64,000 nucleotides of DNA. Source: Gonapodya sp. JEL0774 (Eukaryota). The stretch spans positions 1-64,000 of the forward strand of contig JADIIX010000017.1 in assembly GCA_027604505.1 (NCBI GenBank). Direction: 5' to 3'. Shown here one piece after another: positions 28,201 to 41,085 of the stretch. The notes under the pieces are model-generated. The model was not told the DNA's origin and ran no database searches. It saw nothing but the letters and a program-made list of their open reading frames with translations. Both the position numbers and the translations under genes were made by a program. The stretch's first letter is position 1. The number at the start of each line of letters is the position of its first letter.

Positions 28201-31200
28201 GTGGACAGGGAGGCAGATCTTTTAAAGAGAGTCTCGGCCGCGAAAGTGTACATCAAATATCGCTTCAAAACTCGGGAGAGCTGGGGATCTCCCGCGTACG
28301 AAAGGATTTTGGCTGCGTGGATAGACTTTCTGGATAAACCTGTGAGTGAATGTTCGTTGATGCTGTCGTTTGCATGTCTTAAGCTGTGAATAATCACTAT
28401 GCGCAGGAGCCACAGAAGACTAGTAGCTCCTTTCTTTTCGATATCATTGTCAAGTCTCTCGTTTCGTGCAATCAAGTCTCAGGCGCTCAACCCAGTGGAA
28501 GGCGGGAAGTTCGGGAGCTTAAAACTCTTGTTGAGCTGCTAGCCAGAGAAATACGCCGATTGGGAGTAACGCAACTGACCAATAGTAAGGAACTCAACAC
28601 AAATCTTGCCGTGTTCACATTGGATTGCTTCTCGCTCATTTCAAAACGTGCTGCGTTTGAACTTGTTCGTATTGGTCGATTCAATTGTAAATGTCACACC
28701 AATGAACTCGATTGTGCCCGCAGGCTCAAATATACCTGTCGGCCTTCGATGAGGATGATTCGGTAACGCTTTTGGAGCTGAAGTTCGAGTATCTAAGAAT
28801 ACTATGTGGATACGAGGTGAGTTCACCATTGCTAATGAAATTACTACGTGCATGTAACCTCATCAGAAGGGACGGTCGCAAAACCAATCTAGAATTTTGT
28901 TCCACTCAATTTGCCACTTGCGAAGTATTTTTCGGGCACAATTGAACGGGTGTCGTCTCTTTTCAAGGACTTCTACCGGCGGCACTATCTTGTTGGTCTA
29001 TTGATTGACCAAATCGATCGGGCACTCTCTCATTCCTCCGTACACATCCGCTGTCTAGCTCTCGCGACTCTTAAGAATACTCTAATGAAACTCGCTCACG
29101 ACAGCCGATATCAATCCAAAGAATGTCGACTCCGCATCGCGACAATGTTTTTCCCATTCCTGCTGATCGTGTGCGACTGGCTGACGGAGATTCGCGGAAA
29201 GTCACACAACAGTATGCCCGACATTTCGAAGCGTGAATCACAGCTCATAAGCATTTGCTTCATGTGGATTCTTCGCAATTCACACCGCAATCTTTTGGTG
29301 CAGTGGACCAAGTTAGACACAGCATCTCGATATTCATCCCTTTTGGATACGCTGAAGTACAGCATGGATGCCTTCAAGTTCGATTTTGAAGCTGAGACTC
29401 CAGTCAAAGAACTGCAGCAAGTAGTTGATGAGCCATCAGCACCACGAAATCGAAAAGGAACAAGAAGAATATATATGACGCCCCGCAAAGGAGCAAGCGG
29501 AATAACTTCTGATACTGCGAAGGTTCGTGAGTTTGTGGTGTTTAGTTGTGATACTATTTGGGTTTGAAACTAGATCCATTCAATAGCGACTGCTAGAGGA
29601 CAAATATAGAGCACTTGCTTCGAATCCGATGGGAACAACTCGACAATCCGTTGCTCAGCGACCTGGTAGTGAGTGTCAGTTGTTTTAAATGACACGAGCT
29701 GCGACCGCACTCATTCGGAGTCTCTGCCCAGTGTTTGTTGACACCACTAGAAAATCATTCTCGATGGTTGAAGAAAGCCCAAGCGCAGTTTCGCCGGCAC
29801 CAGTGGATGCTGATGTGGTGAAAAAGAAACTTCTTGGCCACTTATGTTCAGAGACAGCACTTATAGCCCTTGACACTGTTGAAATTCTGGTGAAGGAAAT
29901 TGATCAAAGAGACGAGCTCGCAGACAAGCAACTTCTGAGGCTGTTTGATGTTTTGATGTTCATCGCGACAGGGCGGCAGTCACTGGAGGTTAGTAATTGC
30001 CTGTTATTGAATGCACCTGTCTGGATTGGATTTTTTTTGGGGGGGGGGTCATAGGCGATGCTACATTTGTTGGTGTCATTGAAGTGCTTTGTGTACAAGG
30101 TGAGCCGTGACAGTATACTACTGATACCAAAATGAACATCAAAACGTACCCGGGCGGTTTCAGTTCCGTCCCAAAATATTCAAAGGAACAACAACATTCT
30201 GTGCGGAAATTTGCAAAGCCATTGTCCTAAATGCGTGCTCTTCGCTGGAAGAAATCCGACACCACTGGTGGGTGTCACCTCCCCACCCCCAACCACATTA
30301 GGAGACACGATAACCCCCGTTTTGTAAAGCGCCGGCTTATTTTACTTGTGCATGAAAAAGAACTGGGAAGAATCCGTTGGGAACTTCACGAAAGTTTGTT
30401 CACTGAGAATTCGCGATGGGTTCTTTCACTCATTACCAACCACCACAGGTTCGCATCCAAATCATGGTTTCTTTGAGTGCTTTAAGTATCACCAACACAA
30501 AGCAAAAAAATCTTAAAAGCTGTTTATCGGTTACGAAGGCTTTTGCTGGCAAAGACAATAACAACCCCCCTCGGGCGCTTCTCAGGAAGGTATGACGAAA
30601 TCATGTGGTGGTGACCTTGTTAACTACACGTTGACCTTTCAAACGTAATAGGTGGATGAATTCTGTGATCTGTTGAACGAGATCGGCAAGGATAGCGTCC
30701 ATATGAGCAAGTACAGGCATGATAGTGAAATGTGGGTATGAGCTCTGACTCAACAAGATGAGAGGATATGAATGTTTTCTTTTCAGGCTAGGGGATATAC
30801 TTTATCGTATTGCAAAAGGATATATTACGAGCCCCGATCTGCGTCTGGCCTACTTGGGAAAGCTCGGGGATGTTCATATAGAAGTGCGCGAGTTTGTGTT
30901 TTGAATCCACCAAAAGACACACACCATTACACCAATTTTTAGGCAAGTGCCCATTCAGAAGCCGCTCTCTGTCGCCTCCATCAGGCAAAGCTCGTTGCAG
31001 AGTTTTTGTTATATAAGAACACACTGACGTACACTGACGTAGTCCTTTCAGTTGTGTGGAACTCTTGCTCGCCAACGCTGAACGAAAAAGAAATCGCAGA
31101 AGAGGGATGCTTGGTACGTTACGTAGATTCTCAAGGTCCTCCACGAATATTGCTTAACGTGGATGTAATCTCGCCAGAAGGAAGACGGAGTATGCCAAGG

Positions 31201-32751
31201 ACCCGAATTCACAACCGCTGGTCTCGTTGGTCTCTTAGAGCAGAGCTTGGATCACTACAGGGACGCAAAGATGTATGAAAACGTCAATGCGGTGGCCAAA
31301 GTGCTGATGCCTATATACGAGAAGGAGTCCTTGTATGAAAACTTGGCTGTGACACATAAGATGGTAGGACAATGTTTTGAAGAATTGAATCGACTCGTAA
31401 GTAGTCTCAGAGATAGCTCTGTTTGTGGTCTCATCGAGTTATATCAATTCCTTGGGCTGGCAGACAAAAAGTGGGAAGCGTCTCTCTGCAACATATTTTC
31501 GTGTCGCATTTTTCGGGAAGAAATTTGGAGATCTTGATGGCCTGGAGTTCATATACAAGGAAAAGCCAGCAACATCTTTGGCCGAGATTGCTGCTCGTTT
31601 CACAGATGGGTACTCAAAAGGTGATCGGTGTTTCCATTCCCTCAACGAATGTGGAAATTAAATAATCATCTGTACAAAGAATTTGGAAGCGACTTTATTC
31701 TGATTCAGGATTCTGCTCCAGTGGATCGCTCTAAACTTGATCTCCTGAAGGTACGATATGCATACGGATTTCCTCCTTCGTCACGAGAATGATATCAATC
31801 GCAATTGAGGATAGGCTCACGTGCAAGTCACTCACGTTGATCCGTACATTGACCAACGCGAGAATGATGAGCGAGATGCGACGTTCCTTGGGACGTCACG
31901 ACTCTGTCGATTTGTTTATGAGACCCCCTATACCATGAGCGGGAAAGCTCACGGCACTGTGGAGCAACAGCACAAACGGAAGACCATTCTCACAGCCGAA
32001 AGCTCGTTTCCCCACCTGAAGAAACGACTGATGGTAGCCGATCGTCGGGAGATCGATATGTCCCCAATTGAGGTGTCGATTGAGGCAATCAAAAATCGGA
32101 ACTTGCAATTGAAAACCACCGTTGAGGCGAATCCCCCAAATGCAAAAAATTTGCAGATAGTTCTTCAAGGAAGTGTGCGACTGCAAGTTAATGCGGGTCC
32201 TCTTGAGATTGCCAGGGTGTTTTTGGCGGACGCAAACATAGGCAACTTCCTAGACACCCAAGTTCAGGAGCTGAAACTCGGTGAGACGTTTGATATTAAT
32301 GTCAAGTGATCCTGCTGATAACCTTCGTTATCATTGATACTTTAGCTTTCCAAGAGTTCGTAAATCTATGTCAGAGATCGCTGGAGTTAAACAAGGAGGT
32401 GAGAGCCTGGATTCTCCACTGAGATTTATAACGAGTTGAAGAATTTCACGTGGAAGTTAATTGCAAGCGATCAAGTGGAGTATCACGAAGATCTCATGGA
32501 AGGGTATCGGGAATTGCGCAAATCTCTCCTTCCTGTACGTTTCGTCTCGCGATGCTGTAACCGACAAATTTTGATCAACGTGTCCATAGCTCCTGCGACC
32601 GGACCGAAGAGGTGCTGAAAGACTCGTTCAGACTTCACTCGCAGTGAAAGGACGGGATTTGAGGACGATTTCTGACAGTATTTTGAGCTTTGTCGTTGGA
32701 CCGCAGGCATCAGGCGCCTCTCCTTTGGTACTGGAGTTCTTGAGATCTTGA
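25227..32751 (+). CDS. DOCK-family Rac/Cdc42 GEF, DOCK-C (DOCK6/7/8)-like; many introns
   Basis: N-terminal LLIFPSDTIRVSQVPRKLRTTRSTVP; LGGYRQPVGW; DHR-1 YVNNLYVYP..ARNI..VLYHSQTPTFYTELKMALPAKL..HILFSFSHVACK; DHR-2 YFRVAFFG, EFIYKE, QVTHVDPY, FVYETPYT, SPIEVSIE, LQGSVRLQVNAGP. Confidence 0.92.
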
Positions 32752-33117
32752 ATGCGAGTACTTACGCAACGAGTGCTTTCCAAGCGAGCCTCAATGAGGT
32801 GATGAAACGTACGAGAAGGCGATAGCATGGCAAGGGGATGGTTCATTGGATCTGTTGCGGTTTTGATTGTACTGTTTTATTTTGCCCGAGGATGGACATA
32901 GTGGGTGGGCTAATTCCTTGGAGTGCTGCCTCATATTCATACAATAAGATTAAGCTTAATAAGATAGCTCGCCAACTTGAATTTCATACTAGCCAGCAAT
33001 AAAGCGAGTGGGAGCTGCCAATATTATGCCGCTTGGTGCTTGTGTGCAAAATGAAAGGTTGAGAAGCACAAGGAAGCTATCCACGCAATCAACTCAACTT
33101 CAACTAACTTGGAACCA

Positions 33118-34591
33118 ATGGCAACCGAAAAGCGAAAACGTCTGTTGTTTGCGATCATGGAGTTCTTACAGGATTGTAAGGAAACCGTTGACGCAGATGA
33201 GAAAAAGGAATCGATTGACATTGCCCTTCAGTGTGAGCATCTTCGCGAATATCCTCTCCATGCTGATGAATTCCTCAAGCTCTCCTCGATGTATTTGCAG
33301 GTATCTCTGACTCTTTCTCTCTCGATTTGACTGATGTGGCCCAGCAGACTCTCTACTCAATAAAACCTCTCAATCTACTCTCCATCTTCGACGTGTACCT
33401 CAAAACACTGGCTGCGAAGCAGGTGAGTCTATTGCAAATCGATTTGACAAATTTCCACGCTTGCGGAGTACTGTGGTACAGTAATGAATATGGGTCGTTG
33501 TTTCAGGCTCCAAAAGCGCCCCCTCCTCAAGCAGTTCCTCAAGATGGCCAACCTTCGATCTCTACAGCAGTCCCAAGTGCAAAGCCTCCGGTAGCGGAAC
33601 CCGTTGTGACTGAGCCTGTTGAACCAACCGCTGAGGACAGGAAGAAAGCTGAGGCGAAGAAGACCGAAGGCAACAAAAGAATGGCAGAGAAACAATTTGA
33701 TCAAGCTATCAAGTTTTATACGGAAGCAATCGAGTTGGATCCGGTTAACGCCATTTACTACTCCAATCGGTGAGAGGGGTGATGTTTCCGGAGTGTGAAA
33801 GTAAGCAAGTTGAGCACTTGCGAATCTTCAGCGCTGCTGCCTACAGTCAGAAGGGTGACCCGCAAAGTGCCATCGTGGATGCCAAAGCAGCCGTCAAAAT
33901 CGACCCAACTTACTCTAAAGCGTATGGTCGCTTGGGGTAAGGAGACGTGATGATGTTACAATCATATAAAGTTACCAAAATCGTTTTCGGTTTAGTCTCG
34001 CCCACTACACGCTTGGGAATTTTTCCGAAGCGGTCCGGGCGTACGAGGATGCCCTGCAACTAGAGCCGGGTAACACCAATTGGCGTCAGCAGCTTCAAAC
34101 AAGCCAAGAAAAGCTTGCTCAAGGAGCATCTCCAAGAAGCGCACCCGCTGGTGGCGCAAGTGCGAATCCTTTGGCAGGATTGGCCGGAATGCCCGGAATG
34201 CCCGGTATGGGGGGTCCAGGAGGTCTGGATTTCAATTCGTAAGTTCTACTACTCAAATCCAACAAGCCACTCAGCACCAAATACTGAATAAATCTACTTC
34301 TCACGGCTCTCTTTTTAGAATCATGAGTAACCCAAGTACGTGCTTCGAGCAAGTTTGATGGTTCACAACAGATTTACGGTATCTGTGCAACCTTTTCAAC
34401 ATCCTCAGTGTTCCAGCAGATGGCACAGCAGTTGATGAGCGATCCTCAAGCTTTGCAGAACTTGATGAGCAATGTAAGCTCCTTTAGTCCAATTTGGAAC
34501 GATCGATCAGTGTATCTGATTTGTGCTCAATTTTCAGCCAATGGTGCAAAATATGATGGGCGGCATGGGTGGTGCAGGAGGAAGGCCATGA
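33118..34591 (+). CDS. SGT2: TPR co-chaperone Sgt2/SGTA
   Basis: N-terminal dimerisation domain (KRLLFAIMEFL..ESIDIALQCI), three TPRs (AEAKKTEGN, AIYYSNR, YSKAYGRLG), Met/Gln/Gly-rich C-terminus. Confidence 0.93.
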
Positions 34592-34740
34592 TTCTACCTG
34601 TACAGTTGCAATAGAAACGGAATTTACATAATTTGAGGGATTCATGAGGATTGGATAGGTTCATGAGAAGATCACTTTTGCATTATTGAATTACAACAGA
34701 CCCAAGATTTATCGCAAATGATAATATTAATCTCCGTTTC

Positions 34741-37618
34741 TTAATCGTCAGATGAGAAAGATCGATTTGCTCGAATTCCTAACTTCGATTTTCCCCGTTC
34801 CTTATCAACACGCTTGCGTTTCTCACCGATCATAGGTGAAACAGGCTCCGTCAGCTTCTGAATTGAAGGCTTGATTACAATGGGTGCGAAATGCTTGATT
34901 GGGAGCGCCTTCGGATTCGCAAGTTCCCGAAGCCTGCGAGTTTCTAACTTCTGGGCCATCTGTTGAATCATTTCAATCAGACATGAAAACTCGAGAAAAG
35001 TTCACTCCACATACTTCTTGCTCCTTCTCAGCTTGCTCCCTCCTCCTCTTCTCCTCTTGCTCCTTCGCCCTAATCTCCTCGTCAAATTCTTTTCGCTCCT
35101 CCGCCCTGATCTCAGTGAATAACGTCAGATCGTCCGCCACGGTCAGAGGTTTAGTAGACTTTTTCGGCACAAAAGGAGCGGAGTCTTGAAGTGGGTGTGC
35201 ACGGAAATTGGCTGCGTTCTCCTTTTCATGTTGCTCAAGTTCGATCTGATGCTGAAACCGTGTCTGGTAAACTTGGCCGCGTTGGTCAACACGGAGGGGG
35301 AAAGGCTCAGGCTTCGTAGCAGGCTTGATTGGGACATCGGGGAGTGCCTGGGATGTAAAACGAGCTTAATTGGACTTGCCACCCAGTCACAAATTCCCAA
35401 TCGCACTTACGTCAGGTTCATCATCTGGAAGGGGCCTCGCCTTGAATTGTCGAGCTTTCTTCTCTTCCTCTTGCATTTTTTTCACATTCTCCTCGTGTTC
35501 CTTCCTTTTCCTCTCGGTAATAAAGTCCCCTGGAAGCTGGATGGGTTGAGGGAGTACCACCCGGTGTTCTAGAACGGGTTGGAAATCAGGTTTACTCAAA
35601 TCTGGGACAGGGTTGGCTTTGACGACACGGATCGGAGAAGTTTCACGAGGTGGTGGAGGCCTTGGTTTGTGGATTGCAGGAGATTCGGGCACCGTAAGCG
35701 AGGGAGGGGGCTTCTTGGGTACACCCAATGGTTCGGTAGCTTCTAAGATCTGATGGTTGAATTTGATAACATCGACTGAGCTCTGTGGACTTAAGTCTTT
35801 CAATTCTGTCGGTTGGCAGAGACTTCACCTTCTTGTTGAGAGGTTTTGCCCTAAAATCAGGTTGGAGCGCTGAGAGTTCACGTTCCTCCATTGTTGGAAT
35901 GCTGTACGCAATACGCAAATATAAACTGCTTACAAATCGTGTGCCTGGAAAGAGTTGACTTAATCTCACCGTGTCGCGGGCTTCGGCCTCATTTTGGTCC
36001 TTAGGAATGGTGACTTGGGCTGTGTTAATTTGAGAGGGGAATTCCTCAAGTTCTGAATGTGCGCCTACCAAGTGCACCAATCAGATGAATGAACCATGAG
36101 CACAAGAATGTTCTTCACACCCACAGCTGGCTTCGCCTTGAATCTATCTGGAACCATCGTCTCAAAGGTTTTGACCCTGACAGCCAGCGGCACAAACGGT
36201 GACCGTGCAGCATCAGCCTGACTAATCGACCGATTCGCTGCGGTGTGGGTACTATGGAAGGTAAATGGCTTCGGAACGGTCGGCTCTGGGTGCTGGGAAC
36301 GGGTTTTGGGCTTGGCAGTGATAGCCGCCACATGGGTAGCAGCAATAGTCGCCTTTTTGGTGGCCGTGATCTTCTTCTGCATTTTCTTCTGTGGTGTGAT
36401 TCAGTGAGCACGCACACAGTGATTGCAGTGTGCAAAATCACACCAACCTGGACCCCCCCTCCGAGTTTCCTCGGAGCAGAAACACCCCGTTCCCTCAACT
36501 TCATCGGGTGGGACCTCTCGTCGGTTGCAAAGTGAAACTCTCGTGGGACAGTCAAAGGTTTTGTAGATCTTATAGGGACAGTGAGGGGTAGGAACGGATC
36601 CACGTGCTTCACGACAGGCAGTCGATTGTCAGTAGGATGCACATAAGGATGCGCTGTTAATGAGTGAGACGGTTGCCTTTTCTTGGAGGTAGCCTCAATG
36701 ACCGGGAAGTCTTCCGTTCGCAACAGAGCTGACTTGGGTGCAGGTTCTGGGGTGACCAAGCTCGATTTTGGTTGAGAAGATATAGGAAGAGGGGTAGAAG
36801 GAGCCGATTCGACGGTTTGCGCGCTGGGTTTTAAGATGCGCCCAGCGGAACCCTGCAGCCTCCTGCTGTGTCGGGTTTCACGCTTCGCCGGGCTCCGGAG
36901 GGGGGAATTGGTTAAAGCGACGAAAAAATTCGCTCTGAATACATTCAGAGATAGAATGAGTGTGACGGAAGGTTTCACATGAGAATAGATTCAGAGATAG
37001 AATGAGTGTGATGGGAGGTTTCAGGTGATGGATTCCTTGAGGCGAACTCACCCGTTCGCGTTGAAGACTCCGTCGGAAGCTTGCAAGTGGGAGGGGTGAG
37101 CAGGCGACGGGTGCTTTTCATCTAGGTTCATAATTGATAACAATAGAGAATTTCAAGAAGACATGAGGAGAAGCTCAAGGAGTCTCGGGATGTGGAGCAG
37201 CGGCAAGCTGGTAGCGAAACTCACCGAACCAACTGTCAATCTTCGGATCCTCTTTTCCGTCCACAAAATCGAAGTATTTTGGTGCGCTAAACTCGTATCG
37301 GGAATCGACAGCCCCGACGGCCGTGGAATCTCTCTTTGCCGGCGGGCCATCGATACTAGCGGATTGCGAGCGGCTGCTGGCGGATCCCTCTCTGCGGAAG
37401 GATGAAGCAGCATGATGCTTCTTGCTGACATTAGATTGCGACCAATCGTCTGCTGCTCCGTCCATGCCATTGGAATTGGGTAGCCTCCGCCGGGAGCGCC
37501 CCAGGATCCATCTCCGATTCGACGACTGCGCCAGTGCGCTTCCACCAGATTCCACCGTACTGTTTTCCTCCCGTGTTTTACTGCTGCTCCTCGTAGTTTC
37601 TCGTCGCGATGTCGACAT
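34741..37618 (-). CDS. TPX2: TPX2 spindle assembly factor, full-length (multi-exon)
   Basis: YEFSAPKYFDF..IDSWF, LTVPREFHFATDER, FVPLAVRVKTF..PDRF, FRAKPLNKKIL, FKARPLP, TEIRAEERKEFD, and terminal RRLRELANPKALPI..IKPS..LTEPVSP. Confidence 0.9.
36943..37023. repeat. Imperfect tandem duplication (period 46 bp) inside a TPX2 intron
   Basis: attcagagatagaatgagtgtga(c/t)gg(a/g)aggtttca starts at both 36943 and 36989. Confidence 0.85.
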
Positions 37619-37744
37619 TTGCGAGTAAATTGGTTTGACTTCGGACAAGTGTTTCAGTGGGTGGGTGCTCGGACCACCCGCCAACACAGTCATCCCTTCA
37701 TTCAGTAAGCAAAAACTGTCGCCGCCTCCACACTTTCTACAATT

Positions 37745-38169
37745 ATGACGTCGGAAACAGAGCCAACCGGAACGCAAGAAACACCTCGAGTATCGCTTAG
37801 AGAACTTTTGTCTGGGAAACCGGATCCTGTGCCACCTACGATTGAGCAAGTTACGGAACACCGACGAAAATACGTCACACAGAAGTATGGTGCTCAGGGC
37901 TGGGCGGAAGGCGTCGCCAACGCCAAGCCGCACAGGTGCAGAGACCATGCAAGGGATTTGGTGGAATCTGCCCGTGATGACGGTGTCTTTTGGGGACCAT
38001 TTGCAAATCTCGTCAAGTGTCTATGGAGCGTAGAAGGGTGGAGTACCTCTTCATGTTGTTTGCATTGCTCTTGCATCTACTGACGCGTAACCCTATCGTA
38101 ACCCCATCCGAAAGAAATGAGCCACCGCGCTTGAAATTCAGAAGATCCTCGGATCCTGGCATCAACTGA
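37745..38169 (+). CDS. Small hypothetical protein (about 116 aa, 2 exons)
   Basis: ATG ORF divergent from TPX2; GT donor near 38038, ACTGAC branch-like site, AG acceptor near 38114, giving GNEPPRLKFRRSSDPGIN*; fills the gap between two genes. Confidence 0.5.
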
Positions 38170-38261
38170 CGATTTTGCCTTGCATTCATGATATCGCGGA
38201 TTCAATACAATGACATATAAATGTATCAGATACGTATCTAGATAACTCCCGTCAATGGAAG

Positions 38262-40919
38262 TCACGAGACTTCTGTGGAGTCATCCACTTCATCCTCCTT
38301 CTGCGCTACCAAAACACGTTTGAGCGCACCAGAGTCCGTCGTTTCACCCAACACGTAATCTAGCACTGCTTGCCTCGTTGGATCTCTGAAAGTTGAGTAA
38401 TACAATCTGGTTACACTGTTTGAAGCATCCTGTATCAATCCAAGGAAGTGCCTCTTGCCACTGCGTGTGTAGTCGCCTTTGAGAGCTGCGGTACCAGTTG
38501 AAGAAATGGATATGCAGTCGCCCATGTTTGCCCATATGTCGCAATACACTGCATCAAAGTCCTGCAGCGCCACGTTTTCAACGCTGCCTCAGTTCTCTAG
38601 TTGGCATTCGATATCACTTACTGAGTAGTGTTTAATACCACCTTCAGGGTTCAGCTACGTATTATCCAAAGAACGCGTTGGTTGGCATTAATATCTGTGT
38701 GATTTTCCTGGATCCACTTACCTGAAGACCTAAGCGGAACAAGATGGTGTTCAGCATATCCCTTGCTATCACGCTCTGTTCCACCATTGGAAAGACGATG
38801 AACACATCAGCGATGAAACAAAACAAAACAAAAATTAGCAAACATGATCTTACTTGCACCACGTTTGTCCTGATAATTCACAACAGCAGAAGGGTGAACT
38901 TTGTGCGCTCTCGACATCCGTCAACGCAGGGCGGCCTGCGACCCACCTATCCAGGCAGTCCATGCAATTCGTCCGAAATACCGCCTTCTGCTCTGTTAGA
39001 ACTTCTACTTCGGAGCTCCAGAAGTACCTGCAAGGAGTCTTGCTCAACACACCCAGATGCGCGATAGATCGACAACCGGTGAGTTCTCAACTGACTCCAT
39101 CTTGCCCTCCATCTCTGGTGCCAATATTTCTCTCAATCGTTGCAGGTTGCGGTAATCAGAGCCTCTACAGTTGGAGTGGAAATCCCACTCCAAGTATGCC
39201 ACACCAGGGAGATTGAGACGCGCCATGTACTCCGCAAACGCTGCCAAAGCGACAAACTTTGAAAGATCCACCTCTGAAAAACAATCAGCTACTCACGTCT
39301 ACCAACAACTGTCTCTTTTCCTTCTGTCTCTACCAGGTTGAGCACAACGGCATCTCCATATCTCTCCCTCAAGTCCTCAAAGTGCTTTCGCATGGCAGTC
39401 TCGGTCTCCCCTCGATCCCCATTCACAACTGGGAGTGGTTTGAGCTCTATTCTCTGGGGCAATTGCGACCAAAAGAGTGGTATAGATCCACGGATCTGGA
39501 CATAGGAGGCGTCATGGCGCCGGCCTAAGAGTGAAAGGCTCACAATCTGCTCCGTTTCAACAAAATTGGAGACGTGACCCTCGGAATCAAGACCACGCCG
39601 CTGGAAGCTGTTGCGGAAAGGGGGCAGGTTGGAGGGAGAATTACCGACAACCTACCCACCACGCACCGGACAGACGATCGCTCCTTGCTTCTTCGACTAA
39701 TCAGTATATAGTCAAAGTCATATCCCTCCATTTGACACTTCTCAATTGCTACAAATCCTTCCATGATAGGAAGTATATAATTGTCAAGCTCGAGAAAAAG
39801 GATCTGTAGTCATAAAAACAACCAAAAGGGTTCTAAGCAGCGCTCACCTTAGCCATAACGAAGAGATTTTGCATCTCTTCGTTCCACCAAAATCGGCGAT
39901 CCACCCTTTGCCAGAGAGGGCCATCGATCGTGTTAGCGTGTTTGTTTTGTAGAGATCTCGTGACGTCAAAAGTGTAGGAGAAAAAGAAAATTCGCCCTTC
40001 GAGCAGAGAAGTGAGCTCAGAAATAACTCTGGCATCCAACTTGCCGCAGAACTTTATTTTAGTCACGTAGTTGGGAGAAATCAACACAATTGGACTCACA
40101 TCGTCGTCACTTCCCGGCTCGTTATTGCGCCCTGGAGATTCTGGGTTCATGCTTAATCCCGATTGAGTGCTCTGAGCATCTTCAAGACTCTCTTCACCTG
40201 AAGTCGGCGCAGTGGCAGGTGCGGTCGACTTTGGCGTTCTCTCGGGGTGTGACTCGGGAACGGGTGAAGGTGCTCGGCCGACTATCTTTCCATCGGGCTG
40301 AGACAAAGGCTTCCGGAGTAGACTAATGTGTGCAGATAATACTTGAGAGGCTCCTCGGAATCGGTTTGTGAATCCCCCAAAGCTCTCTGAAACGGCCTTT
40401 CCAAAGCTTGCCCTCTGAACTCTTTGAGCTTTATTATCAATTTCCTGTGACGCATGAGATAGAATGTGTCGATCTTAATCTTGTTCGTGTTCTGTCCGGA
40501 CGAACCTTCAAGCTGTCTCTTCTTTCATTCGTGCGGGTTCTATCCCTCCGTGCTCGTTTGAGCGCCGCTAACGCTGCATCCCGACTTTTCAATGGTACAA
40601 AGAGGACTTTAAGCAATCGGTAAATCTTGTGGCCATACATCTCCCCGACCCTCATTCGAGAAAGAATGGCCACAAGATATGACCCGGCAAACAGGTTCAC
40701 AACGCCAAGCAATCCCAGTACATCCAGAAAGCGGTCTTCGTGAAGCTCGGAGACTTCGAGACTAGAGCACACTTCGGGTAGTCGGGAGGGATTCAGTCCA
40801 AAGACTAGTTTGAACGTGGGTGATGACACAATGGGACTACTCTCCAGAGATTGAATCACAAGATGATCATTCTCGACTGCGAGACCAAGATGCTGCACGA
40901 TCTCGGAAACGAGTGCCAT
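38262..40919 (-). CDS. SAC-domain phosphoinositide phosphatase (Sac1/Sac2-like)
   Basis: FFFSYTFDVTRSLQ, VDRRFWWN, ILISRRS..RFQRRGLDSEGHVSNFVETEQI, VQIRGSIPLFWSQ, catalytic RTNCMDCLDRTNVVQ (CX5R), TGTAALKGDYTRSGKR. Confidence 0.92.
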
Positions 40920-41085
40920 CAACTCCGGAATAATGAAGTCAAATTATGTAACCAACGTTTTGCGAATCATGAAAATGTGACGTCGTTCGTGCCAGCCTGC
41001 CCCATCAGTTTATCAGTTTGGAATATCAATTTTACCAAGGTGCAGATGAAATAATCTAGATATCTATCAATCATCGAAATGCAAA

